This document shows positions 12,883 through 27,095 of a stretch of DNA of 64,000 nt, piece by piece. A model generated the notes under the pieces. The model had not been told where the DNA came from. It saw only the letters and a program-made list of their open reading frames with translations, and did not search any database. Numbering within the stretch: position 1 is the stretch's first letter; the number at the start of each line of letters is the position of its first letter. The stretch comes from Eledone cirrhosa (taxonomy: Eukaryota). The translations under genes were made by a program, and so were the position numbers. The DNA lies in contig OZ024742.1 of the NCBI GenBank assembly GCA_964016885.1, forward strand, positions 160,022,001 to 160,086,000, written 5' to 3'.

Positions 12883-13060
12883 ATAATTGTTTCTACTTTA
12901 GGCACAAGGCCAGCAATTACCCAGTGCATTACTGGTACTTTATTTTATCTACCCCGTAAGGATGAAAGGCAAAGTCAACCTCGGCAGGATTTGAACTCAG
13001 ATCGTAAAGGGACGTAACTATGCTGGAAAGCATGGCATCCGACCCTCTACCAATACTGCC
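12883..13060 (-). mobile_element. tRNA-derived SINE
   Basis: Near-identical reverse complement of 59170-59348. Confidence 0.9.
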
Positions 13061-13088
13061 AAAATAATGGAGCAACATTTGTGCAGAA

Positions 13089-13553
13089 TTATTGTTTGTG
13101 CAATAAGATATTTGCAGATCTGTACTTGGTCTGCTCTTTAGCCAACTCGGTACGTTTAGAAGCTCTACGCTCGGCTTGCTTTTGAGATATAATAGCTGAA
13201 TTTGCAGATCTATACTTGGCCTGCTTGTTTGCCAACTCATACCGTTTTGAACATCTATACTTGGCCTGTTTTTGTGTTAATTTAGCAAAATTCACAGCTC
13301 TATAATCGGCCTGTTTTTGTCTCAACTTCTCCCGATTCCGCATCCGGTAAGCTGCTTTCACATCCAATTTAATACGCCCATCTAGATTATTAGCACAGGA
13401 ATATGAACAAGCTTGTGGGACCGCATCATTGTAAGTATATGAACTGCCTGCAACATCAAGACCCAATTCACAAGTGCAGCGTTGCTCATTCACATCGGCA
13501 GTGGGGACACCAAAATCAGTGACAGGTCTCGATTCACTCGCGAGATACATCAC
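13089..13553 (-). other. ORF fragment with 45-bp (15-aa) basic repeats (KQAKYRS), possibly a transposon protein remnant
   Basis: Repeat cores at ~13117, 13207, 13252 and 13297. The frame stays open for 154 codons. Confidence 0.35.
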
Positions 13554-13581
13554 AGCTACACTATATATTTAAACATATATA

Positions 13582-13650
13582 CAGTGATACCTCGCTACTT
13601 GGCGGTTCAACTATCGCGGATTCACGATTTCGCGCATTTTTAGAATATAT
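13582..13650 (+). mobile_element. Tc1/pogo (Tigger-like) terminal fragment
   Basis: TA|CAGTGATACCTCGCTACTT...ATCGCGGATTCAC. Confidence 0.45.
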
Positions 13651-13830
13651 ATATGAACACCTAAAATGTTTCATTAAATCCATTAAAATATTAATAATAA
13701 ACACAGTTCTAATCATACGCTATATATATATATATATAAATATAAGTAATTAATACCGTATAAATGGTACAAAGACTGTTTATGTAAAATGTATTTCTCA
13801 ACAGAGTATTGAATACTTAGGAGAAATTCA

Positions 13831-14040
13831 AAACGAAGAGTGATAAAATTTCAAGCGAAGAGTTTAATTAGGTAATGACTTACAAATTTGTTTCAGTATA
13901 TAGACAAAGCCTGAAGCACTAATTATAATAATTAGTTAATAATATTACAAAATATATTAATATTATATTAAATATATACTGAAACAAATTTGTAAGTCAT
14001 TACCTAATTAAACTCTTTGCTTGAAATGTTATCATTCTTC

Positions 14041-14044
<4 letters not shown>
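13831..14044. repeat. Fold-back hairpin element (~70-bp arms)
   Basis: aaacgaagag...tttgtttcagtatat / atatactgaaacaaa...cttcgttt. Confidence 0.75.
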
Positions 14045-14139
<95 letters not shown>

Positions 14140-15159
14140 TCTAGTCCTTCGCTCAAGATTAATCTATAAGTTTAGATGTCTGCCTTCGTTTAAGTAAATA
14201 TTACAGTAAGATTTTTAATATAAACAACTACAAAAAACAATTAATATTAAAACGAAAAAATTATCAATGATAAAAGAAGCGGATGCAACTTTTTTTTTTA
14301 TAAAGTTATATTCCTGTTTCTTTAAAGAACATTTCATTTTTGTTCTATTGTAGACGAAATAATGCAATGGTTTAATAGGGAAGATATAACTTACCAATTA
14401 TGTCTCTAACCGTGTAACGCTTTTTAAGTAGATAACTACAATTGAAAATACTAAAGAAATGGAACCAACAATTCAATTTGAAAGTCGTCTACTTATAGTG
14501 ACAGTGTATTACTGGTACTTTATTTTATCGACCCCGTAACGATGAAAGGCAAAAATGCAAATGCTTAAAATTTAAATTGCCTTAATTCTATCGTCTGCTG
14601 TTTCATTAAAGGGAGATTCTCGTCTGTATTTAATTCTATCGTCTACTGTTCCACTAAACAGATATACCTCCACTATCGTCTCTATTTATACATTTTAACT
14701 TATAACTTATACACATTTGATTTGAAATATTTTAACTAGTCCCCCCTCTCAATATTATGATGATTTCTTTCGAATGAAACAGTTCTAGTCCTGTAGAAGC
14801 CATTTATATATATAATTGAACTGAGTTAAAAATTCACAATATTTATAATTAAATAAGCTCATATATATATGTGTGTATTTATCTGTTTATTGTATTATAT
14901 ATAATGTGTGTATATACAGGATGTCCCCCAAAAATATATACACACTTCAACAGCATTCTAATAACTATTGCCTGTATAGGTAATCAAAGTGTCAATCGAA
15001 TGTTAGTTTCGTGTTTTAACAGTACAAATTTACAATACACACATAAAACCAGTGTATATACATACATGAATGTGTATACACATACATGAATGTGTATATA
15101 CAATATATATGTATATATATATAGACACATATATTCACGGTGCAACAGAACATTAAAAT

Positions 15160-15470
15160 ATAGATGCGGGAGGGGGGTGTATATATAGGGGCGCTGGGGA
15201 TAAAGGAGTGTAAAGCGTGTGTAATTGATATATTGAAGGAGAGGAGCGTGCAGCGATAGAGTAACAAATATATAGAGAGGGGGAGAGATGGTATTGAAGG
15301 GGAGGAGTGCAAAGCGAAAGAGTAAGAGAGATATATATAGAGACGGAACAGATAGAGAGAAACAGGCGTAAGTAACAGTGGAAGAGATATATAGAGAGGG
15401 GGAAATGTGTTATTGAAGGGGAGGAGTGTAACGCGAAAGCGTAAGATATATATAGAGAGAGGGGGAATAG
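15160..15470. repeat. Degenerate purine-rich minisatellite
   Basis: Recurring tattgaaggggaggagtg and atatagagaggggg units. Confidence 0.5.
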
Positions 15471-15898
15471 TATATATATATATATATATATATATATCAA
15501 CACTTACTCTGATTGGTTGAAAATTAGCCAATGACATACGATCACCACCACCACGGCTATCCCCGAAAAATTTATGAAGAAGTTAGGCATATATGTTAGA
15601 ACACGAAAAGTGAACATTCTGTTGTTTCACACTTTTCGTGTTCTAACAGATACACCACGCATCTCAACGTACACCCACTTACATGTCTCTCTCCACCACC
15701 GGATCTTGTTACCTGGAGATTTACCCATTTGCATTGTCGAGGCTTCCAAACGACTTAAAGAAATTTACCTTATTATTACTCTCTTATATCTCTCTCTATA
15801 TATATATATATCTATATATATATCTATCTATCTATATCTATCTATATCTATCTATCTATATCTATCTATATATATATATCTATATATATCTATATATA

Positions 15899-15959
<61 letters not shown>

Positions 15960-15984
15960 ATATATATATATCTATATATATATA

Positions 15985-16017
<33 letters not shown>

Positions 16018-16042
16018 ATATATATATATCTATATATATATA

Positions 16043-16087
<45 letters not shown>

Positions 16088-16102
16088 ATATATCTATAAA
16101 TA

Positions 16103-16133
<31 letters not shown>

Positions 16134-16265
16134 CTGAAAAGTTATATTTACAATTGTTGGGTTACAACTAGTAAATATTTATAACTGATATAAAAGCACT
16201 CGACAAATATTTGGAGTATATTTACAATATTAAATAAATGGAAACTATATTTATAAAACCATATT

Positions 16266-16331
16266 TATTTCATTATATATATTTCAGGGATATCATATTA
16301 ACAATATGCTATGCCTTCCTCAGACAAAATA
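16266..16331 (-). ncRNA. Type I minimal hammerhead ribozyme of the PLE (left arm)
   Basis: Reverse complement of 21878-21943. Confidence 0.75.
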
Positions 16332-17700
16332 CAATATAAACAGTTTTATAGATAAATAGATTCGACATACCGTAATAACATCGACTTGCATTTGAAGAGG
16401 TTGATATGGCAGTGAAAAAATTGTACACAGAGAGAAAGAAAGAGAGAAAAAAAGAAAGAAAGACAGAAAACGAAGAAAAGGAAGAAAAAGAAGAAATGCA
16501 TGGAACAAAATAGAGAGATGGAAAGATAGATAAAGAGAAGAACTTCATGTAAAGAAACAGAAAGAGATATATATATATATATAGAGAGAGGAAATAGAGA
16601 TAGATACATATATATATAGAAAATTAGGTAGTGGGAGGTCTGTTGAGTAAATGTATCAATGATACATTTATTTATTTATTTATTTATTTAGCTCTAGTAT
16701 TAATGTAAGGGAGATATATAGAGAGAGAAAAAAATATAGAGAGAGAAAAAATATAGCGAGAGAAAAAATTTAAAAATAACCAGATATATGCGAGGCGTAA
16801 AAACCCTATGTTTTAATGTAGAGGTATTAGTATTTATAAAACATCCACTATATTGTAAATATCAGTATTCCTGAATGAGACAAGTATCCATAGTGTGTGA
16901 AAATTAATGAACTTATGTTTAGTTTTTTAAAAAAATTCATATGTTTATGTAGTAGCTACAAACATCCATGTGAATCTACATGATCAATTCTGCAAAGCCC
17001 AAGTTCACGGAAAACATTCTCAATGTGGTATAAAAATTTGAGTATACATATATGAGTATTATTATTCCTGTCTTTACTCTACAAGATTATCTATCAAGCA
17101 GAAATAGAGAGCAGATTTCAATATACTAATAAAAATATATATCAGAAACAAAACTAAAAAATAACAATAATAATAATAAGTAATAATAAAATAGAAAACT
17201 AAAAAAATATAACGAAAGAATATTACATATTAAAAATATTACATATTAAAAAATTTACATATTAAAAATATTAGAAAATACTACAATAATAAAACATAAT
17301 ATTAGAAAATACTACAATAATAAAAAAATAAAAATAAACCACAAAGATCAACCCTTCAAAATTAATTGACAATATATTGCCAAGTTCATTATAAGCATCA
17401 GAGTCGAAAAACAGACAAAGCCAAAAATTATCTATCAAATCACATCTAGCAAAGATCATTTCAAAAAGTTTAGGATGCCCAAATTTGGTCTACATGTGTT
17501 CTTATATTTAATATAGAAGTTTATCTAGTGTAACGTTTATTCGAAATATTTGGAGCATCAGCTTTTAGGGTAGCTTAATTTTTCATGAGGAATGTTTAAA
17601 TAAAAATAAAATAAAAATAAAAAAATAAAAAAGAATAAAAAGAAGGAATCAAAGATTTATCGGCTAGTTTCCCATATAAATATAAATCAAACTAAATATA

Positions 17701-18927
17701 CTACATTTTAAATTTAAATTTATATTTAAACGTTGAGTTTAATCTATGTTTGCAACAACTGAATAAATTTGTCCGTAGATTAAGGGAATTTTTAGATTTT
17801 AGTATAAAGAATATCTCCTCTGCGCAGAGGTCACATGTCTCAGAGGATGAATTAAAAGGAATCCCTCTTGAGACTATATTCCAAGCCGTCGAATATCTAA
17901 CGTTATCTAGCTTAAGTTGCCAGAGTACGCCTGATAGTGCCGTTGAGGATTTTTTGCTTGGATCTGTGAAAGAATTCTTGTGGTTATTATAGCGAAGTTT
18001 AAATTCCGTCGATGTGGAACCGACGTAGTTAAAAGAATTAGAGTCAGTATTAACATTACAATTGTATACTATATTTTTAACTAAGCAGTTGTTATTTAAC
18101 GGACATTTAGATCTATCTCTACAGTTACATTTGTTAACTTGTATATTATTTATGCTATTATCACTAGGTTTTAAGTTCCTATTATTTATTCTATTAATAT
18201 TTTGTGCTAAATTTTTGGTGGATGAGTAGGTTAATTTTATTGTATGTCTATTGAAAATTGAGTGATACCTATGTGTTCTAGGGAAGCGATTATCAAGAGC
18301 TTTGAAAAATAGTTTAGCGATGTGGGTTTTAATGTTTAGTGAGAAGGGGGGGGGGGGGGCAAACCAAATTATGTTCCTAGTTCTATTTCTTTTTTGGCCT
18401 TTGGAATTATTGTAATGCTTTCTATTATAGTTGTTAAGGTTGTTGCCGTAATTAAAAAAGTTGTTACTTTGTTTAGTTTGTCTATCATTATCTATGTACA
18501 CAATCTTATCAGCATATCCTGCTCTAGCTAATGCTTCATTATAGTATTGGGCTTTTTCGTCGAAAATCTTTCTATTCGACGAGATCCTAGAGATACGCTT
18601 TTGAACGGAGTTTACTATAGTGTTTTTGACAGATCTGGGGTGGTTAGAGTTAAAGTTGACATAGTTTAAGTTTTCATTCAACTTGTGAAAAGGATAGTGA
18701 AGACATGTGTTGAGATTTAATGTTATATCTAGGAAATTGACTATTCTATGGTTGTTCTCAATTTCTATTTTAAGATTAAAGTAATTAAAAAATTGTGTAA
18801 TTTGTTTACATTTTCTATTTAGTTCAGGGTTATTATTATCAATAAGTAAAAGCATGTCATCCCTATATAAACCTCCGGTAGTACCAGGTATTTTCCTATG
18901 TAGCGAATTGATTAAAAATAAGCCCAC
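17701..18927 (-). CDS. 5'-truncated PLE RT C-terminus plus GIY-YIG endonuclease
   Basis: 408 open codons containing GLYRDD, VNFLDITL, CNCRDRSKCPLNNNC, NIVY-YVGST-FKLRYNNH, CDLCAEE and terminal CCKHR. Confidence 0.9.
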   Translation of the reverse strand: MGLFLINSLHRKIPGTTGGLYRDDMLLLIDNNNPELNRKCKQITQFFNYFNLKIEIENNHRIVNFLDITLNLNTCLHYPFHKLNENLNYVNFNSNHPRSVKNTIVNSVQKRISRISSNRKIFDEKAQYYNEALARAGYADKIVYIDNDRQTKQSNNFFNYGNNLNNYNRKHYNNSKGQKRNRTRNIIWFAPPPPFSLNIKTHIAKLFFKALDNRFPRTHRYHSIFNRHTIKLTYSSTKNLAQNINRINNRNLKPSDNSINNIQVNKCNCRDRSKCPLNNNCLVKNIVYNCNVNTDSNSFNYVGSTSTEFKLRYNNHKNSFTDPSKKSSTALSGVLWQLKLDNVRYSTAWNIVSRGIPFNSSSETCDLCAEEIFFILKSKNSLNLRTNLFSCCKHRLNSTFKYKFKFKM

Positions 18928-18953
18928 AAGGTCAGTTACCTGAGCTGAGTCGG

Positions 18954-21900
18954 GATTGTTTATCTAACCTGAGCTTGTGGAAGGGAACTGGAGAGGTTGT
19001 TGAGTGGTTTAAGCAAATTAAATATAACAATAATAATAAGTTTATTCAACTTGATATAGCTAACTATTATTCTTCTATTACCCCTAATCTACTAAATAAG
19101 GCACTAAATTACGCATTCAAACATACTGACCTAACTAGCAATGAAATGCATATTATACTATCGGCTAGGAAAACTTTGATAGAATTTAATGACAAACTAT
19201 GGACCAGAGCAGATAGAGATAGCAATTTTGACATAACTATGGGATCATCCGACTCAGCTCAGGTAACTGACCTTGTGGGCTTATTTTTAATCAATTCGCT
19301 ACATAGGAAAATACCTGGTACTACCGGAGGTTTATATAGGGATGACATGCTTTTACTTATTGATAATAATAACCCTGAACTAAATAGAAAATGTAAACAA
19401 ATTACACAATTTTTTAATTACTTTAATCTTAAAATAGAAATTGAGAACAACCATAGAATAGTCAATTTCCTAGATATAACATTAAATCTCAACACATGTC
19501 TTCACTATCCTTTTCACAAGTTGAATGAAAACTTAAACTATGTCAACTTTAACTCTAACCACCCCAGATCTGTCAAAAACACTATAGTAAACTCCGTTCA
19601 AAAGCGTATCTCTAGGATCTCGTCGAATAGAAAGATTTTCGACGAAAAAGCCCAATACTATAATGAAGCATTAGCTAGAGCAGGATATGCTGATAAGATT
19701 GTGTACATAGATAATGATAGACAAACTAAACAAAGTAACAACTTTTTTAATTACGGCAACAACCTTAACAACTATAATAGAAAGCATTACAATAATTCCA
19801 AAGGCCAAAAAAGAAATAGAACTAGTAACATAATTTGGTTTGCCCCCCCCCTTCTCACTAAACATTAAAACCCACATCGCTAAACTATTTTTCAAAGCTC
19901 TTGATAATCGCTTCCCTAGAACACATAGGTATCACTCAATTTTCAATAGACATACAATAAAATTAACCTACTCATCCACCAAAAATTTAGCACAAAATAT
20001 TAATAGAATAAATAATAGGAACTTAAAACCTAGTGATAATAGCATAAATAATATACAAGTTAACAAATGTAACTGTAGAGATAGATCTAAATGTCCGTTA
20101 AATAACAACTGCTTAGTTAAAAATATAGTATACAATTGTAATGTTAATACTGACTCTAATTCTTTTAACTACGTCGGTTCCACATCGACGGAATTTAAAC
20201 TTCGCTATAATAACCACAAGAATTCTTTCACAGATCCAAGCAAAAAATCCTCAACGGCACTATCAGGCGTACTCTGGCAACTTAAGCTAGATAACGTTAG
20301 ATATTCGACGGCTTGGAATATAGTCTCAAGAGGGATTCCTTTTAATTCATCCTCTGAGACATGTGACCTCTGCGCAGAGGAGATATTCTTTATACTAAAA
20401 TCTAAAAATTCCCTTAATCTACGGACAAATTTATTCAGTTGTTGCAAACATAGATTAAACTCAACGTTTAAATATAAATTTAAATTTAAAATGTAGTATA
20501 TTTAGTTTGATTTATATTTATATGGGAAACTAGCCGATAAATCTTTGATTCCTTCTTTTTATTCTTTTTTATTTTTTTATTTTTATTTTATTTTTATTTA
20601 AACATTCCTCATGAAAAATTAAGCTACCCTAAAAGCTGATGCTCCAAATATTTCGAATAAACGTTACACTAGATAAACTTCTATATTAAATATAAGAACA
20701 CATGTAGACCAAATTTGGGCATCCTAAACTTTTTGAAATGATCTTTGCTAGATGTGATTTGATAGATAATTTTTGGCTTTGTCTGTTTTTCGACTCTGAT
20801 GCTTATAATGAACTTGGCAATATATTGTCAATTAATTTTGAAGGGTTGATCTTTGTGGTTTATTTTTATTTTTTTATTATTGTAGTATTTTCTAATATTA
20901 TGTTTTATTATTGTAGTATTTTCTAATATTTTTATTTTTAATATTTTTAATATATAAATTTTTTAATATGTAATATTTTTAATATGTAATATTCTTTCGT
21001 TATATTTTTTTACTTTTCTATTTTATTATTACTTATTATTATTATTATTGTTATTTTTTAGTTTTGTTTCTGATATATATTTTTATTAGTATATTGAAAT
21101 CTGCTCTCTATTTCTGCTTGATAGATAATCTTGTAGAGTAAAGACAGGAATAATAATACTCATATATGTATACTCAAATTTTTATACCACATTGAGAATG
21201 TTTTCCGTGAACTTGGGCTTTGCAGAATTGATCATGTAGATTCACATGGATGTTTGTAGCTATTACATAAATATATGAATTTTTTTATAAAACTAAACAT
21301 AAGTTCATTAATTTTCACACACTATGGATACTTGTCTCATTCAGGAATACTGATATTTACAATATAGTGGATGTTTTATAAATACTAATACCTCTACATT
21401 AAAACAGGGTTTTTACGCCTCGCATATATCTGGTTATTTTTAAATTTTTTCTCTCGCTATATTTTTTCTCTCTCTATATTTTTTTCTCTCTCTATATATC
21501 TCCCTTACATTAATACTAGAGCTAAATAAATAAATAAATAAATAAATGTATCATTGATACATTTACTCAACAGACCTCCCACTACCTAATTTTCTATATA
21601 TATATGTATCTATCTCTATTTCCTCTCTCTCTATATATATATATCTCTTTCTGTTTCTTTACATGAAGTTTTTCTCTTTATCTATCTTTCCATCTCTCTA
21701 TTTTGTTCCATGCATTTCTTCTTTTCTTCCTTTTCTTCGTTTTCTGTCTTTCTTTCTTTTTTCTCTCTTTCTTTCTCTCTGTGTACAATTTTTTCACTGC
21801 CATATCAACCTCTTCAAATGCAAGTCGATGTTATTACGGTATGTCGAATCTATTTATCTATAAAACTGTTTATATTGTATTTTGTCTGAGGAAGGCATAG

Positions 21901-21985
21901 CATATTGTTAATATGATATCCCTGAAATATATATAATGAAATAAATATGGTTTTATAAATATAGTTTCCATTTATTTAATATTGT
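18954..21985 (+). mobile_element. Penelope-like element, right arm (5'-truncated, frameshift in a poly-C run at ~19850)
   Basis: ORFs 18975-19868 (FIQLDIANYY, FDITMGS, GLYRDD) and 19840-20496 (GIY-YIG), followed by a ~1.5-kb AT-rich 3' region with a hammerhead. Confidence 0.95.
21878..21943 (+). ncRNA. Type I minimal hammerhead ribozyme of the PLE (right arm)
   Basis: TATTTTGT-CTGAGGA-AGG(..CATATTgttAATATG..)CCT-GAAA-TATATA-TA^-ATGAAATA. Palindromic stem III; predicted cut after 21935. Confidence 0.75.
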
Positions 21986-22060
21986 ATATATATATATCTA
22001 TATATCTATAAATATATCTATTTATATATATATATATATATATCTATATATCTATAAATA

Positions 22061-22209
<149 letters not shown>

Positions 22210-22210
22210 T

Positions 22211-22334
<124 letters not shown>

Positions 22335-22525
22335 TATATATATATATATACTTTAACTTTAATTATATCTCATAAAATAATACAACTGGTTTTTCCACAT
22401 TATACATATTGTTAGCACCCCAAACACTTAAATTGGATTTATATTTTAATATAACCTAATGTTTGTTGAGTGAGATGGTTACCAGTCAGAGTTTAGCTTT
22501 AAACTATCTCTGTTATTGTATTAAT

Positions 22526-22596
<71 letters not shown>

Positions 22597-22617
22597 ATAT
22601 TTATTTATATATATATA

Positions 22618-22675
<58 letters not shown>

Positions 22676-22678
<3 letters not shown>

Positions 22679-25600
22679 TTATCATCATCATCGTTTAACG
22701 TCCATCTTCCACGCTTGCATGGGTTTGGACGGGAGTTTTCCCACTTGAGGCAAGATTGGTTGTCCTGCTCGTATAGGACTGTCTGGCGGGTTTTCTATGG
22801 CTGGATGCCCTTCCTAACACCAACCACGTTTACAGTGTGGACTGGGAGGTTTTTACTGTGCTGCGTGGACTGTGTATTTTTTTTTGTCCTGACACCTACA
22901 CGACCTCATTTGTTTCGGACTGGATGTTGTGGTACCAACATAACTTCACATTTAAGGGGGTGGTGTGGATGGCGTGGGGTAGTGGGACAGGGGTGTATTT
23001 TTGTTAGAGGTGCCTGCTGACTGTAGGTTTTGCTTTGTACTTAGGCAAGGCGGGTCTTCTGTATTACTGTATAGCGCCAAAGATCTCGGTCCAGTGACAT
23101 TGTCTTGGAGTGGTGTAAGTGTGTGAAGTTGGAATTTATCAAGTCGTCTCAGGTTTTTCTGCGTCTGCCTACTCCGTGGCTACCGTCTATTTTTATTGCC
23201 CTGCACTTTTTTATACAGCTGTCGTCTTTCATGCACATCACGTGACCGTATCAACGTAGTCTTCTCTCGAGTAAACAACATCTGATCTCTCTTATTCCTA
23301 ATTTCTCGCTTAGTTCGTTTATGCTTTGCTGTTCACGTATATTACTATTACACATCCAGCGGAGCATGCAAGCTCCGTTCCTCTCCAGTCTGCGTATATC
23401 CTCTGCAAACAATGCCCAGGTCTCACTGCCATGTAACATTGGTGTTCGTATGCAGGCATCATACAGCCTGCCTTTCATTTTTAGAGAGAACCCTTTAGCG
23501 GCCAATAGTGGTATAAGCTCTCTGAACTTTTTCCATCCCGTTCTGACTCTAGCTACTGTACTTTCAGAGCACCCTCCCCCACTGCTGATTTTGTCACCCA
23601 GGTAACGGAAGGTGTCCACTATTTCTATAGAACCATCTGTGCAATGGAATAAGCTAGTATTCTGTGGGCACTTGCTGCTACTTATTGCACCAGAGCACCG
23701 GCCGCATATAAAATCTATATTCTTAGTTAGCTTACTTGTGATCCCACTACATCTTTTATGCACCCATACTTTGCATTTGGGACATAAAATGGAGTTTGTG
23801 CCTACTCCTTTCCTACACACTGAGCATGGCCATTTCCCAGATGGGACTGGTGCTCTATTTTCCTTCCTACAAACTAGAACTTTAGTCTTAGACAAGTTAA
23901 CTTCAAGGCCTTTTGATTCTAGGCCATGCTTCCATGTTTGGAATTTCTTCTCTAGTTCAGCTATTGATTCAGCTATGAGCGTTAGATCATCTGATTATAG
24001 GAGTTCCCATGGGCAGCCGGTCTTGAACTCCTCTGTTATAGCCTGAAGGGCAATAATAAATAGTAGGGGGCTAAGAACGGAGCCCTGATGAACACCAACT
24101 TTTACGCTAAACTCTTCACTATATTCGTTGTTAATTCTAACCTTACTGACTGTTTCTTTATACATGGCTTGTATAGTTCTCACAAGCCATTCATCAACAC
24201 CTAGTTTTCTAAGAGCGCACCAGATAATGGAGTGGGGGACTCTGTCAAAGGCTTTCTCCAAGTCGACAAAAGCTAAGTATAGGGGTTTACTTTTAGCTAG
24301 GTACTTCTGTAGTTGTTGTACAATGAAAAGAGCGTCTGTGGTACCTGACACAAACCCGAACTGCATTTCATCTAGATCAATTTGCTCTCTGATTAGTTGC
24401 GCTATACCTTTTTTTGTGACCTTCATGACCTGGTCGATTAATTTAATGCCTCTATAGTTACCCCTATCTAGGGCATCTCCTTTACCCTTGTAGCAGTTAA
24501 TGATGATGCTGCTATGCCAGTCCTTCGGAACGACCCCATTCTGTATGACTTGGTTTACTATCCGGGTGATCATAGTGTGTCCCACCGTTCCAGAAGCTTT
24601 CAGCATTTCAGCAACTATTTCTGAAGGCCCAGCCGCCTTACCCGTCTTCATATCTTTGATTGCCTTACTTATTATACTACCTTCAACTAACACTACTGGT
24701 CCCTCTATTGGATCGATGTGGGGGAGACTGTCTTTCTCCCATTTATTCTCCTCATTTAGTAGCCTTTCGTAGTGGTACTTCCAAGCTACCTTCTTATCAG
24801 CGTCAGTGATGGCAAGTACACCATCATCATTAAGGACACACTTCTCCCCGACAATATCACTGTTTTCCTAGACACATTGCCTAGCAATCCTGAACACCTC
24901 ATGTTTTTGGTCCTCGCGTTGTAGAACATGCTTGAACTTTCTTTCCTCTGCTTCCCTTCTTGCGAAGTACACCTGTCTCCTAGCTTCCCTCCTGGCCACT
25001 TGATAGTCTTCTCTACTTCCCCCATCCCGCCATACTTTCCAAGCCTGCTTTTTGGCCTTAATTGACTCCTCCACCTTACTGTTCCACCACCATGTTACTC
25101 TCCTCCTGCCTATAGATCTGCTCCAGCCACAGACATCATCTGCCTCCTTCAGCAGGTTAGCTTTCAGGAATTCCCACTGTTCCTCTATATTGTACGACTC
25201 TAATTGCTCTTCCTTACTGTCAAAAGCATCAAGTAATATGCTTTTAAATTTATTACTGGCTGTGGGGTCCTTTAGCTTCCATATTTTTCTCCTGAGGATA
25301 GTCCTCCTCTGTTGTCGAGTACGTCTTGTCCTGATTATGAGGTCGCTGACTATGAGTCTATGTTGGGAGGTGCATTCTTCGTGGGGGAGGGATTTAGTGT
25401 TTACGACAGACACTCTATCACATCTTCTGGTAAGGATGTAATCTATCTGACTGGCGTGTTCCCCTGATCTATAGGTGATCAAGTGATTGTCTCATTTTTT
25501 GAAGTTAGTGTTACAGACAGTTAGGTTATTTGCGTCACAGAATTCCAGGATTCTGGCGCCTTCCTCATTTCTAGTACCAAACCCATAGCCTCCATGGATT

Positions 25601-26545
25601 CCATCATAGCCATCACAATGTTGTCCAATGTGACCATTTAGGTCACCAGCAATAATTATGTAGTCACTGTCGGTTATTTGGGAGGTCGTGAGCATCAATG
25701 TCTCATAGAATCTGTCTTTTATAACACCAGGCAGTCCGGATTGGGGTGCGTACACAGATATTACTGTCACAGTAGTTCTATTTAGGACAAGTCTTATTTT
25801 AATTATTCTGTCGTTCACTCTATTTACGTCTATTATCCTATCTACCCATTTTTCTGCTAACATGATTCCTACCCCACCCAGCCCATTGTCATTTCCCACC
25901 CAGAAAGCTTATAGCATCGTTTTTTACCCACAATGAATCTAGCAGACCCACCCCTCCACCTGGTCTCTTGGATACAGCAAACATCAACCTCCTTACGTTC
26001 AAGCATTTCTACAACCTCGTTAGAGCGACCTTTTAAGGTGCCTACATTCATGGTACCAACTCTGAAGTTTTGGATTGCGTTTGGTGGGTGGGAACGGTGG
26101 GGCGCGGGGAGGGGTGAGGGTGCTGGGGTTGGGGTTATGTTGGCCATCCGCGGCCGAAACAAAGAGGAGGAGGAGTCCTTGCCTTTTCGTTCAGCAGCAT
26201 GAGGTGAATTTGTCTTTATCTTTGGCATTGTCACTGAGTGTCAAGATTTTTTTCAGACTCCAGAATTCCCTTGTCCATCTGTCATATCGAAAGGCAACCG
26301 GAAGAAGTGATAGCATAGGCCGCTGACTTATGATTGGTCGAAATAATAATAATGGTGGTGAGTGGGGGCGTGTGGGAGGGGTATGGGGTAGTTAGCGAGA
26401 AGGTTTAAATAAAATCTTCAAAATTTGGGCATAATTGGACAAGTATATACCAGTAATAAGCGAATAATATTTAGTTTAAATAAAATCCTCGAAATTTGGG
26501 CATAATTGGACAAGCGTATAACAGTAATAAGCGAATAATATTTAG
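22676..26545 (-). mobile_element. RTE-clade LINE, near full length with frameshifts (copy 1)
   Basis: ORF fragments 25869-26234, 25492-25899, 24868-25482, 23995-24693 and 23251-23895 are collinear with the 1006-aa ORF. (GAT)n tail. Confidence 0.95.
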
Positions 26546-26580
26546 AATAACCTGACAGAATTATAGAATAGCATTGAGAT

Positions 26581-26611
<31 letters not shown>

Positions 26612-27095
26612 GGTTTAGCGTCCGTGTTCCACGCTTGCATGGGTTTGGACGGGGGTTTTCCCACTTGAGGCAAGAGTGGTTGTCTTGCTCGCATAGGACT
26701 GTCTGGCGGGTTTTCTACAGTTGGATGCCCTTCCTAACACCAACCACATTTACAGTGTGGGGCTGGGAGGTTTTTACCGTGTTGCCTACACGGCCACATT
26801 ACAGTGTGGACTGTCTGGCGGGTTTTCTACAGCTGGATGCCCTTCCTAACACCAACCACATTTACAGTGTGGGGCTGGGAGGTTTTTACCGTGTTGCCTA
26901 CACGGCCACATTTACAGCGTGGACTGTGTGTTTTTTGTCGTGACACCTACACGATCTCATTTGTTTCGGCCTGGATGTTGTGGGACCAACATAACTTTAC
27001 ATTGAAAGGGGCGGTGTGGGTGGGGTGGAGGTGGTGGGACGGGGGTGTGTTTTGATAGAGATGCCTACTGACTGTAGTAGGTTTTTACTTTGTAT

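Larger units (their letters stand above)
16137..18953 (-). mobile_element. Penelope-like element, left (minus-strand) arm of an inverted duplication
   Basis: Reverse complement of ~19248-21985. ORF 17701-18927 carries GGLYRDD (RT) and IVY...YVGST (GIY-YIG). Confidence 0.95.

Noticed and set aside
20600-20670. Possible SECIS (ATGA...AAA...GA) after the Naiad-type ORF
   Set aside because: Helix II pairing is poor by eye and no in-frame UGA is present in the retained ORF. SECISearch would be needed.
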